Of a DNA stretch of 64,000 bases, positions 22,214-32,500 are shown one piece after another. The notes under the pieces were generated by a model, which was not told where the DNA came from, searched no databases, and worked only from the letters and a program-made list of their open reading frames with translations. Position numbers and translations under genes: made by a program. This DNA comes from Escherichia coli. GTDB lineage: Bacteria; Pseudomonadota; Gammaproteobacteria; Enterobacterales; Enterobacteriaceae. The stretch lies in NCBI RefSeq assembly GCF_016026235.1, contig NZ_CP065613.1. One strand, given 5' to 3'. Position 1 is the first letter of the stretch, and each line of letters begins with the position of its first letter.

Positions 22214-24121
22214 ATGTCATCCGATATTAAGATCAAAGTGCAAAGCTTTGGTCGTTTCCTCAGCAACATGGTGATGCCAAATATCGGCGCGTTTATCGCG
22301 TGGGGTATCATCACCGCGTTATTTATTCCAACAGGGTGGTTACCGAACGAGACGCTGGCGAAGCTGGTCGGGCCGATGATCACTTATCTCCTGCCGCTGC
22401 TGATCGGTTATACCGGTGGTAAGCTGGTAGGCGGCGAACGTGGCGGCGTAGTCGGTGCCATCACCACCATGGGCGTTATCGTCGGCGCAGACATGCCGAT
22501 GTTCCTCGGTTCTATGATTGCAGGTCCGCTGGGCGGCTGGTGCATTAAGCACTTCGACCGCTGGGTAGACGGTAAGATCAAATCCGGTTTTGAGATGCTG
22601 GTGAACAACTTCTCCGCAGGCATCATCGGGATGATCCTCGCCATTCTGGCATTTCTCGGCATTGGCCCGATTGTTGAAGCCCTGTCCAAAATGCTGGCTG
22701 CGGGCGTTAACTTCATGGTTGTCCATGACATGCTGCCGCTGGCGTCTATCTTTGTTGAACCGGCGAAAATCCTGTTCCTCAACAACGCCATTAACCACGG
22801 TATCTTCTCGCCGCTGGGTATTCAGCAGTCCCATGAACTGGGTAAATCCATATTCTTCCTGATTGAAGCTAACCCAGGTCCGGGTATGGGGGTGCTGCTG
22901 GCGTACATGTTCTTTGGTCGTGGTAGCGCTAAACAGTCTGCGGGCGGTGCGGCAATTATCCACTTCCTGGGTGGTATCCACGAAATTTACTTCCCGTATG
23001 TGTTGATGAATCCGCGTCTGATCCTGGCCGTTATCCTCGGCGGTATGACTGGCGTGTTCACGCTGACTATCCTGGGCGGTGGTCTGGTTTCTCCGGCATC
23101 TCCGGGTTCTATCCTTGCTGTACTGGCGATGACACCAAAAGGTGCTTATTTCGCTAACATCGCGGGTGTGTGTGCGGCGATGGCTGTCTCCTTTGTTGTC
23201 TCTGCTATTTTGCTGAAAACCAGCAAAGTGAAAGAAGAAGATGATATTGAAGCAGCAACTCGTCGTATGCAGGACATGAAAGCTGAGTCTAAAGGTGCAT
23301 CTCCGCTGTCTGCGGGCGATGTGACTAACGACCTGAGCCACGTACGTAAAATCATCGTTGCCTGTGACGCCGGTATGGGTTCAAGTGCGATGGGCGCAGG
23401 CGTGCTGCGTAAGAAAATTCAGGATGCAGGTCTGTCGCAGATTTCTGTTACTAACAGCGCGATCAACAACCTGCCGCCAGATGTGGACCTCGTCATCACT
23501 CACCGTGACCTGACCGAACGCGCTATGCGCCAGGTTCCGCAGGCACAGCATATTTCGCTGACCAACTTCCTCGACAGCGGCCTGTACACCAGCCTGACCG
23601 AACGTCTGGTTGCTGCCCAGCGCCATACTGAAAACGAAGTGAAAGTGAAAGTGAAAGACAGCTTTGACGATTCCAGTGCTAACCTGTTCAAACTGGGCGC
23701 GGAGAACATCTTCCTCGGTCGCAAAGCTGCCACCAAAGAAGAAGCGATTCGTTTTGCTGGCGAGCAGTTGGTGAAAGGCGGTTACGTTGAGCCGGAATAC
23801 GTTCAGGCGATGCTGGATCGTGAAAAACTGACCCCGACTTATCTGGGTGAGTCTATCGCGGTGCCACACGGTACGGTTGAAGCGAAAGATCGCGTACTGA
23901 AAACGGGCGTGGTGTTCTGCCAGTACCCGGAAGGCGTGCGCTTCGGTGAAGAAGAAGATGACATTGCCCGTCTGGTGATTGGTATTGCTGCCCGTAACAA
24001 CGAGCACATTCAGGTTATCACCAGCCTGACCAATGCACTGGATGATGAGTCCGTCATCGAGCGTCTGGCACACACCACCAGCGTGGATGAAGTGCTGGAA
24101 CTGCTGGCAGCTCGTAAGTAA
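22214..24121 (+). CDS. mtlA: PTS mannitol-specific EIICBA component
   Basis: 635-aa ORF starting [27 protein letters not shown]…, matching the MtlA N-terminus. Confidence 0.93.
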   Translation: MSSDIKIKVQSFGRFLSNMVMPNIGAFIAWGIITALFIPTGWLPNETLAKLVGPMITYLLPLLIGYTGGKLVGGERGGVVGAITTMGVIVGADMPMFLGSMIAGPLGGWCIKHFDRWVDGKIKSGFEMLVNNFSAGIIGMILAILAFLGIGPIVEALSKMLAAGVNFMVVHDMLPLASIFVEPAKILFLNNAINHGIFSPLGIQQSHELGKSIFFLIEANPGPGMGVLLAYMFFGRGSAKQSAGGAAIIHFLGGIHEIYFPYVLMNPRLILAVILGGMTGVFTLTILGGGLVSPASPGSILAVLAMTPKGAYFANIAGVCAAMAVSFVVSAILLKTSKVKEEDDIEAATRRMQDMKAESKGASPLSAGDVTNDLSHVRKIIVACDAGMGSSAMGAGVLRKKIQDAGLSQISVTNSAINNLPPDVDLVITHRDLTERAMRQVPQAQHISLTNFLDSGLYTSLTERLVAAQRHTENEVKVKVKDSFDDSSANLFKLGAENIFLGRKAATKEEAIRFAGEQLVKGGYVEPEYVQAMLDREKLTPTYLGESIAVPHGTVEAKDRVLKTGVVFCQYPEGVRFGEEEDDIARLVIGIAARNNEHIQVITSLTNALDDESVIERLAHTTSVDEVLELLAARK

Positions 24122-24149
24122 TCCAATCCCACCCTCTCCACATGGAGAA

Positions 24150-24265
<116 letters not shown>

Positions 24266-24350
24266 CCCCTCTCCTCACGGAGAGGGTTTGGGTGAGGGAA
24301 AAGCCTCACCCCAGCCCTCTCGGGTAAAAACATTGATGAAGGTTAATACT

Positions 24351-25499
24351 ATGAAAGCATTACATTTTGGCGCAGGTAATATCGGTCGTGGCTTTATCGG
24401 TAAACTGCTGGCAGACGCGGGTATACAACTGACGTTTGCCGATGTCAATCAGGTGGTACTTGATGCCCTGAATGCCCGTCATAGCTATCAGGTTCATGTG
24501 GTCGGTGAAACCGAGCAGGTAGATACCGTTTCTGGCGTCAATGCTGTCAGCAGCATTGGTGATGATGTCGTTGATCTCATTGCTCAGGTTGATTTAGTCA
24601 CTACCGCCGTTGGCCCGGTAGTGCTGGAACGTATTGCTCCGGCTATCGCCAAAGGGCTGGTGAAACGTAAAGAACAAGGTAATGAATCTCCGCTGAACAT
24701 CATCGCTTGTGAAAACATGGTCCGCGGCACCACGCAACTGAAAGGCCATGTGATGAACGCCCTGCCGGAAGACGCCAAAGCGTGGGTAGAAGAACACGTT
24801 GGCTTTGTCGATTCCGCCGTTGACCGCATCGTACCGCCTTCGGCTTCTGCAACTAACGATCCGCTGGAAGTGACGGTAGAAACCTTCAGCGAATGGATTG
24901 TCGATAAAACTCAGTTCAAAGGCGCACTGCCGAACATCCCAGGCATGGAGTTAACCGACAACCTGATGGCATTTGTCGAACGTAAACTCTTCACCCTGAA
25001 CACGGGTCATGCTATAACCGCGTACCTCGGAAAACTGGCCGGTCATCAGACCATTCGTGACGCGATTCTCGACGAGAAAATCCGCGCGGTGGTAAAAGGT
25101 GCGATGGAAGAAAGTGGTGCAGTATTGATCAAGCGCTACGGCTTTGACGCTGACAAGCATGCGGCGTACATCCAGAAAATCCTCGGCCGTTTTGAGAACC
25201 CGTATCTGAAAGATGATGTAGAGCGCGTAGGCCGTCAGCCGCTGCGTAAACTGAGCGCAGGCGACCGTCTGATCAAGCCACTGCTCGGTACGCTGGAATA
25301 CGGCCTCCCGTACAAAAATCTGATTCAGGGAATTGCCGCTGCAATGCACTTCCGCAGTGAAGATGATCCGCAGGCTCAGGAACTGGCAGCACTGATCGCC
25401 GACAAAGGTCCGCAGGCGGCGCTGGCACAGATTTCCGGGCTTGATGCCAACAGCGAGGTTGTATCTGAGGCGGTAACCGCTTATAAAGCAATGCAATAA
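24351..25499 (+). CDS. mtlD: Mannitol-1-phosphate 5-dehydrogenase
   Basis: The ORF-track ORF 24033..25499 reads through the REP region; the true start at ATG 24351 ([17 protein letters not shown], Rossmann motif) gives 382 aa. Confidence 0.9.
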   Translation: MKALHFGAGNIGRGFIGKLLADAGIQLTFADVNQVVLDALNARHSYQVHVVGETEQVDTVSGVNAVSSIGDDVVDLIAQVDLVTTAVGPVVLERIAPAIAKGLVKRKEQGNESPLNIIACENMVRGTTQLKGHVMNALPEDAKAWVEEHVGFVDSAVDRIVPPSASATNDPLEVTVETFSEWIVDKTQFKGALPNIPGMELTDNLMAFVERKLFTLNTGHAITAYLGKLAGHQTIRDAILDEKIRAVVKGAMEESGAVLIKRYGFDADKHAAYIQKILGRFENPYLKDDVERVGRQPLRKLSAGDRLIKPLLGTLEYGLPYKNLIQGIAAAMHFRSEDDPQAQELAALIADKGPQAALAQISGLDANSEVVSEAVTAYKAMQ

Positions 25500-26086
25500 T
25501 GGTGGACCAGGCGCAGGACACCCTGCGCCCGAATAACAGATTGTCAGATATGCAGGCAACAATGGAACAAACCCAGGCCTTTGAAAACCGTGTGCTTGAG
25601 CGTCTGAATGCTGGCAAAACCGTGCGAAGCTTTCTGATCACCGCCGTCGAGCTCCTGACCGAGGCGGTAAATCTTCTGGTGCTTCAGGTATTCCGCAAAG
25701 ACGATTACGCGGTGAAGTATGCTGTAGAACCGTTACTCGACGGCGATGGTCCGCTGGGCGATCTTTCTGTGCGTTTAAAACTCATTTACGGGTTGGGCGT
25801 CATTAACCGCCAGGAATACGAAGATGCGGAGCTGCTGATGGCATTGCGTGAAGAACTAAATCACGACGGCAACGAGTACGCCTTTACCGACGACGAGATC
25901 CTTGGACCCTTTGGTGAACTGCACTGCGTGGCGGCGTTACCACCGCCGCCACAGTTTGAACCAGCAGACTCCAGTTTGTATGCAATGCAAATTCAGCGCT
26001 ATCAACAGGCTGTGCGATCAACAATGGTCCTTTCACTGACAGAGCTGATTTCCAAAATCAGCTTAAAAAAAGCCTTTCAAAAGTAA
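25499..26086 (+). CDS. mtlR: Mannitol operon repressor
   Basis: 195-aa ORF whose start overlaps the mtlD stop; position matches mtlR. Confidence 0.85.
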   Translation: MVDQAQDTLRPNNRLSDMQATMEQTQAFENRVLERLNAGKTVRSFLITAVELLTEAVNLLVLQVFRKDDYAVKYAVEPLLDGDGPLGDLSVRLKLIYGLGVINRQEYEDAELLMALREELNHDGNEYAFTDDEILGPFGELHCVAALPPPPQFEPADSSLYAMQIQRYQQAVRSTMVLSLTELISKISLKKAFQK

Positions 26087-26097
26087 GCAACGTCTGC

Positions 26098-26307
26098 TTA
26101 CTGCCCCTCTACCTGCTTCGGCCGATAAAGCCGACGATAATACTCCAGACGTTGTAGATATAACGGCACGCTTTCATCGGGTATTCCGGACGGAATCGCG
26201 TTACGGGGAGGAAGTTTTTTCAGATACTCCCGGAACGCCTGGCTTGATGCCATGAAATCTACGGCTTTATCGATAAGAAGCGGAACGTTTTCACCTAATT
26301 TGCCCAT
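26098..26307 (-). CDS. yibT: Small uncharacterised protein
   Basis: 69-aa ORF convergent with mtlR; identified by position and size only. Confidence 0.55.
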
Positions 26308-26591
26308 GATGATATCTCCGTATTACCCCGCGCCGGGAATGCGCGGCCGCCAATTTTAGTTTAGGTTCCCGGTAAAGATGACATTAAGGAAAACGTGCTG
26401 AATCCTCAATAATCATCCGCTTCTGTTTATTATCTTTTTTCTATAGATTTCTTAATTAATCAATAAATTGCGTAGTTTTTAAGCATATTAATGATTACGT
26501 TGCGGAACTATTGCAATGTCATCAGTTGTGAACAAAGCACCTGGTCGCGCATACTAGGGGCTATAAATTTATCTTTATCAGAAGCCATCAC

Positions 26592-26954
26592 ATGAAAGAA
26601 GTCGAAAAAAACGAAATCAAACGTCTCAGCGATCGTCTGGACGCCATCCGCCACCAGCAGGCCGATCTGTCGCTGGTTGAAGCCGCAGACAAATATGCCG
26701 AGCTGGAAAAAGAGAAAGCCACGCTGGAAGCAGAAATTGCCCGCCTGCGTGAAGTTCACAGCCAGAAACTGAGTAAAGAAGCACAGAAGCTGATGAAGAT
26801 GCCGTTTCAGCGCGCAATTACCAAAAAAGAGCAGGCTGATATGGGCAAACTGAAGAAAAGTGTTCGCGGACTGGTGGTTGTGCACCCAATGACCGCGCTG
26901 GGCCGCGAAATGGGCCTGGAAGAGATGACTGGATTCTCTAAGACTGCGTTTTAA
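26592..26954 (+). CDS. yibL: Conserved protein of unknown function (DUF2810-like), coiled-coil
   Basis: 120-aa ORF with a charged coiled-coil region; position matches yibL. Confidence 0.7.
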   Translation: MKEVEKNEIKRLSDRLDAIRHQQADLSLVEAADKYAELEKEKATLEAEIARLREVHSQKLSKEAQKLMKMPFQRAITKKEQADMGKLKKSVRGLVVVHPMTALGREMGLEEMTGFSKTAF

Positions 26955-27018
26955 GCCCCTCAGACGATTGGTACGATCGTATCAACCCGCATCTGGCTTG
27001 CGTTAGCTGGTCAATGCG

Positions 27019-27028
27019 GGGACTCCCC
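27019..27028. repeat. Target-site duplication, left copy (GGGACTCCCC)
   Basis: Directly repeated at 28323..28332, immediately outside the IS terminal inverted repeats; a 9-bp TSD is expected for IS10-group elements, and the exact boundary is ambiguous by 1 bp. Confidence 0.7.
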
Positions 27029-28322
27029 CTGAGGGATCCCCAGAAAATTTAGTAAACCATTATCATATTGGTATACCGTTGCTGTAGAACTTTCAGCCCT
27101 GCGTCAAGTGACAGTGTGTTTAGTATGAGTGGAGAATGTCGAATCACATTCTCCGCCAGTTTTAATAACGAGATGACTCGCCTGTGCTTCACTGTATTTG
27201 CCTGATATTTATGATGTATCCCTTTGTTTTCCAGGCTGAAACCGCTTAACCACATAATGATACTGGCTAATGTTGCGATCAGACTCAATACCGTGACCCG
27301 CCCGGATGAATGACTGGCACCAAACCGTAGTCCAAATCCCCAGCGAGGATTTTTTTCATCCCTGAAATTTTGCTCAATTTGCATTCTACGGCTGTATAAT
27401 TTCATTACCTGTTTTGGCGAGAACTCAGTACTGTTTGTGAAAATAAACCATGGTGATTTCCCGGCAGTACGAGCTTTAGCCGTCACCGATGGTCTGGTTG
27501 CTCTTTCCTTCGAGCGTTTAAATCTACGACCTTTAGGCTTACTTTTATAAAGATAAAAATGCCCTTCATGTTGTGCATTTTTATCTCGACCCAGCAGGCC
27601 TTCACCTAAATAAATTGCTGTCGTTGATGCTTTTGTGCCTGAGTCCGACACCTTTTCCCAGCCATTACCAACATTGTAATAATGATTGCCCAGTACCCGG
27701 CAAATATAGGTCCAGCCACGGGAGCGGAGCTGTTGGAACCATCGCCCCTGAAAACCGGCATCTGTAATAACAATGACATCAGTCCCGGGGGAAAAGCACT
27801 CAGCAAGCGATTCCAGAAAACGCTCATGTACATCTGCATTCGCTGTCTGTGATGATGGAACGACACAACTCATCAACGGTAAAGAACGCCCGTCACATGC
27901 CAGGCTTGCCCGCAAAAGCTGAAAACGAGAGGCATGATAAGCACTCCAGTCAATGAGTATCACAACACGAGACATTCCCCGCGTAATCTTTTGGGTAATT
28001 CGCTGAAAAATGGTGGAAACCTCATTTTGCAAATGTCGATTCCCCAACAGTCGATCCACCCGCTTTATTTTGTTTTTAACTGATGCCGTACCGGTTAAAT
28101 GACGCCCGATACTGGTAAGTGTGAGGGAAGCGCCATTTATTACAGCATTAGTTGCGTCAATCAGTGATTTTTGACGGTAAAGATGCAAAGGGGCCAGTAT
28201 GTTGTTAAGGAAATTTTGGCATAATGAACGTGCAGGCATAGTGGTGATCTCCTTGAAATTGTTAGCACAATCAATTAGATCACATCTCACTATGCCTGTC
28301 TTGTTTTCTGGGGATTCCTCAG
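27029..28322 (-). mobile_element. IS10-like insertion sequence (IS4 family), apparently intact
   Basis: About 1.29 kb bounded by imperfect terminal inverted repeats (left CTGAGGGATCCCCAGAAAA…, right …TTTTCTGGGGATTCCTCAG) resembling IS10 ends (CTGATGAATCCCC), with a single transposase ORF and flanking direct repeats. Confidence 0.85.
27049..28239 (-). CDS. IS4-family (IS10-group) DDE transposase
   Basis: Protein aligns from MPARSLCQNF… with the IS10 transposase as I recall it (shared LTLT…GR…NKIKR(V/I)DRLLGNRHL, YSRRMQIEQNFRDEK, HKYQANTVKHRRVIS blocks). The start was trimmed to the Met preceded by a GGAG RBS. Confidence 0.85.
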   Translation of the reverse strand: MPARSLCQNFLNNILAPLHLYRQKSLIDATNAVINGASLTLTSIGRHLTGTASVKNKIKRVDRLLGNRHLQNEVSTIFQRITQKITRGMSRVVILIDWSAYHASRFQLLRASLACDGRSLPLMSCVVPSSQTANADVHERFLESLAECFSPGTDVIVITDAGFQGRWFQQLRSRGWTYICRVLGNHYYNVGNGWEKVSDSGTKASTTAIYLGEGLLGRDKNAQHEGHFYLYKSKPKGRRFKRSKERATRPSVTAKARTAGKSPWFIFTNSTEFSPKQVMKLYSRRMQIEQNFRDEKNPRWGFGLRFGASHSSGRVTVLSLIATLASIIMWLSGFSLENKGIHHKYQANTVKHRRVISLLKLAENVIRHSPLILNTLSLDAGLKVLQQRYTNMIMVY

Positions 28323-28332
28323 GGGACTCCCC
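28323..28332. repeat. Target-site duplication, right copy (GGGACTCCCC)
   Basis: See the left copy at 27019..27028. Confidence 0.7.
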
Positions 28333-28801
28333 TGTCTGCTCGCCTAATTACTGAACAATCCACTCCCTCTACATCAATTTACCGCTGGTTGATATTCTGA
28401 AAATGTATTTTCACCGAAATAGCAACCTATAAACAATAAAAATATATAGAAGATATCATTTGTTAATTAACAAGCATTTACGTCTCTTTTTTTCGGATTT
28501 AATTGTGAAATTTTAATCATCATATTCATAAAATCAATTATCCGTAAAAATTTTTCCAGATATGGTTTCTTCCATATTTGACATTTATTAATAATCATCA
28601 TTAGAATCCACGAAAAATAATATATTCATACAAACACAGACATATTTTGAAACGAATGATACATTTTTATGATGAATGCTTAAAACAATATTTAATCGAC
28701 ACCCATCACTGTCATTAATGTAAAGCAACATAGATCACCAATAATACAATGGACAACTCTACCGGCATTGATCGCTGGTCGGAGGCAATAAGGATTTTTA
28801 C

Positions 28802-29485
28802 ATGAACTTGAAGAAGATTTTTTTCAGTGCTGTCACTGTTTCAGTTCTCTGCACATTAACGGGATGTGACTACATTGAAGAAGGCAAGCCAGAAAGTAGT
28901 TTACTGAAACAACAAGAAGAACATAACAATAAAATTGAGCTAATTGAAAAACAACAAGCACAGCTAAAGAGTCAACTGGAAACTATTCAAAAACAACAAA
29001 CTGGCATAATAACCAGTACAAAGACTTTAACTCACGTAATTAAATCCGTTAAAGAACAACAAAACACTTTTATTTTTACCGAGTTTAATCCGGCAAAAAC
29101 GAAGTATTTCATCCTGAACAATGGTTCGGTGGCTTTAGCGGGCCGAGTGTTATCTATTGACGCAACAGAGAATGGCAGTGTTATTCATATTTCACTGGTC
29201 AACTTATTAAGTATACCAATCTCAAACATTGGTTTTAATGCGACATGGGGTGGTGAAAAACCTGTCGATGCCAAAGAGTTTGCCCGGTGGCAACAATTAC
29301 TTTTCAACACATCAATGAAATCCACATTGAAATTATTACCAGGTCAATGGCAAGACATTAATTTGACACTGAAGGGTGTATCGCCGAATAACCTGGGATA
29401 TCTGAAGTTAGCCATCAATATGGAGAATATTCAGTTTGACAACCTTCCCTCTGCTGAAAATCGGCAGAAAAGAAGCAAAAAATAA
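28802..29485 (+). CDS. SadB-like inner-membrane lipoprotein (putative trimeric autotransporter biogenesis helper)
   Basis: 227-aa ORF with a lipoprotein signal peptide and lipobox (…VLCTLTGC), followed by a Q/E/K-rich coiled coil. It sits immediately upstream of the adhesin gene, as sadB does with sadA in Salmonella. The gene is AT-rich. Confidence 0.6.
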   Translation: MNLKKIFFSAVTVSVLCTLTGCDYIEEGKPESSLLKQQEEHNNKIELIEKQQAQLKSQLETIQKQQTGIITSTKTLTHVIKSVKEQQNTFIFTEFNPAKTKYFILNNGSVALAGRVLSIDATENGSVIHISLVNLLSIPISNIGFNATWGGEKPVDAKEFARWQQLLFNTSMKSTLKLLPGQWQDINLTLKGVSPNNLGYLKLAINMENIQFDNLPSAENRQKRSKK

Positions 29486-29528
29486 ATGCAGCTTCTGCGC
29501 TTATATCAAGGAATAGAGAACATCATTA

Positions 29529-32500
29529 ATGAACAAAATATTTAAAGTTATCTGGAACCCTGCGACAGGGAATTATACTGTTACCAGCGAAACGGCAAAA
29601 AGCCGTGGTAAGAAATCTGGTCGCAGTAAGCTGTTAATTTCTGCCCTGGTCGCGGGTGGAATGTTTTCGTCGTTTGGGGCATTGGCGAATGCCGGGAATG
29701 ACAACGGTCAGGGTGTTGATTACGGTAGTGGATCAGCTGGCGACGGCTGGGTTGCTATAGGCAAAGGGGCGAAAGCAAATACTTTTATGAACACCAGTGG
29801 TTCCAGTACTGCTGTGGGTTATGAAGCTATAGCTGAAGGCCAATATAGCTCTGCCATCGGTTCAAAAACCCATGCGATTGGTGGTGCATCAATGGCGTTT
29901 GGGGTTAGTGCAATATCAGAAGGCGATAGAAGTATAGCACTGGGTGCCTCTTCGTATTCATTGGGCCAATACTCAATGGCCCTCGGCCGTTATTCAAAAG
30001 CATTGGGTAAATTGTCTATTGCTATGGGGGACTCTTCCAAAGCGGAAGGAGCAAACGCCATTGCGCTGGGAAATGCCACTAAAGCTACTGAGATTATGAG
30101 TATTGCTCTTGGCAACACCGCCAATGCGTCAAAAGCGTATTCAATGGCGCTGGGAGCAAGTAGCGTCGCATCTGAAGAAAACGCGATTGCCCTGGGGCGT
30201 AGCAGTGCAGCTAATGGTACTGACAGCCTCGCATTAGGCAGACTATCCGTCGCCAGCGCAGCAAACGCCATTACGATAGGTGCTGAGAGCAAAGCCGCTG
30301 AAAATGCGACGGCCGTTGGTACCAAAGCGGAGGCCAATGGACTTAATAGTATCGCGTTGGGCTCTGGGGGTATTGCAGATGCCGATAACACGATTGCTCT
30401 GGGCAATCAAAGCCTGGCAGTAGCTGCTGGTGCAATTGCCATCGGTCAGGGGAATAAAGCTGACGGCGCAAATGCTATCGCGCTGGGTAATGGTAGTGTT
30501 ACAGGTGGCGCAAATGCTATTGCTCTTGGACAAGGTAGTTATGCCGGTTTAGAAAATGGCATTGCAATTGGTGGTCAAGCCAGTGCTCAAGGGACAAATT
30601 CCGTTGCTCTGGGTGCGGGTTCTGTAGCGACTGAAGATAATTCCGTCTCTGTGGGTAACACAACAGATCAGCGAAAAATTGTCAATATGGCAGCAGGTGA
30701 TATCAGCACTAGCAGTACTGATGCCATAAATGGATCACAGCTTTATGCTATCAGTAAGTCAGTAGCGGACCGTCTTGGTGGGGGGGCTACCGTCAATGCG
30801 CAAGGTGTCGTTACTGCCCCGAATTACAGACTGAAAAATGGTATTTATGGCAATGTTGGCGATGCTTTAGCGGATCTAAACAATAACACGATACAATGGG
30901 ACTCCGTTAAAAAGGGATATAGTGCGGCACATGGTACAGATGCCACCAGCACCATCACCAACGTTAAAGCCGGCACTATTTCTGCTACCAGTACGGATGC
31001 GGTTAACGGTTCCCAACTGAAAGCTACCAATGACGATGTCGAAGCCAACACCGCCAATATCGCTACTAATACCAGCAACATTGCCACGAATACGGCAAGT
31101 ATTGCCACCAACACCACCAATATCACCAACCTGACGAATTCCGTTGGTGACCTTAAGGATGATGCCCTGCTGTGGAATGATGCTAAAAATGCATTCAGTG
31201 CAGCTCACGACCAGGATACCACCAGCAAAATCACCAACGTTAAAGATGGCGACCTGACGGCTGGCAGCACCGATGCCGTTAATGGCTCTCAGCTGAAAAC
31301 CACCAACGATGCCGTGGCGACGAATACCACCAATATCGCCACTAACACTTCCAATATTGCCACTAACACTTCCAACATCTCTACCCTGACTGAGACGGTG
31401 ACTAATCTTGGTGAGGATGCGCTGAAATGGGATAAGGACAGTGGTGTCTTCACGGCAGCACACGGCACCGAGGCCACCAGCAAAATCACCAACGTTAAAG
31501 ATGCCGACCTGACGGCTGACAGCACCGATGCCGTTAACGGCTCTCAGCTGAAAACCACCAACGATGCTGTGGCGACGAATACCACCAATATCGCCAATAA
31601 CACCTCCAATATTGCCACTAACACCACCAACATCTCTAACCTGACTGAGACGGTGACTAACCTTGGTGAAGATGCGCTGAAATGGGATAAGGACAATGGT
31701 GTATTCACGGCAGCTCATGGCAACAACGCCACCAGCAAAATCACCAACGTTAAAGATGGCGACCTGACGGCTGGCAGCACCGATGCCGTTAACGGCTCTC
31801 AGCTGAAGACCACCAACGATGCCGTGGCGACGAATACCACCAATATTGCCACTAACACCACCAACATCTCTACCCTGACTGAGACGGTGACTAATCTTGG
31901 TGAGGATGCGCTGAAATGGGATAAGGACAATGGTGTATTCACGGCAGCTCATGGCAACAACACCGCCAGCAAAATCACCAATATCCTGGACGGCACAGTC
32001 ACTGCAACCAGTTCCGATGCCATTAACGGCAGCCAGCTTTATGACTTAAGCAGCAATATCGCCAGCTACTTCGGCGGCAACGCTTCTGTGAATACTGACG
32101 GTGTGTTTACCGGTCCAACCTACAAAATCGGTGAAACAAATTATTATAACGTCGGCGATGCACTGGCTGCGATTAACTCCTCATTTAGCACGTCTCTCGG
32201 CGATGCCCTGCTTTGGGACGCTTCCGTAGATAAATTTAGTGCCAAACACGGTACTAATGGTGACGCAAGCGTGATCACTGATGTCGCAAACGGGGATGTT
32301 TCAAGCACAAGCTCTGATGCTGTGAACGGCTCGCAACTCTATACCACCAATAAGTACGTCGTAGATGCGCTGGGTGGTGGTGCCGAAGTCAATGCTGACG
32401 GCAGCATCAGTGCGCCGACTTACACTATCGCAAACGCAGATTACGATAATGTCGGTGATGCCCTGAATGCTATCGATACCACTCTTGATGACGCTCTGCT

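Noticed and set aside
22340-23341. 333-aa minus-strand ORF
   Set aside because: It lies entirely antisense to mtlA and has a low-complexity, Arg/His/Gln-rich translation typical of a non-coding frame.
30876-31952. 358-aa minus-strand ORF inside the adhesin gene
   Set aside because: It is antisense to a strongly supported 1698-aa coding sequence and lies exactly over the tandem repeats; the open frame is a by-product of repeat composition with no independent start or RBS evidence.
30890-32040. Possible CRISPR-like array suggested by regularly spaced near-identical repeats
   Set aside because: The repeats are about 240-252 bp, contiguous with no unique spacers, and in-frame within the adhesin stalk; there are no cas genes. 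They are protein-coding tandem repeats.
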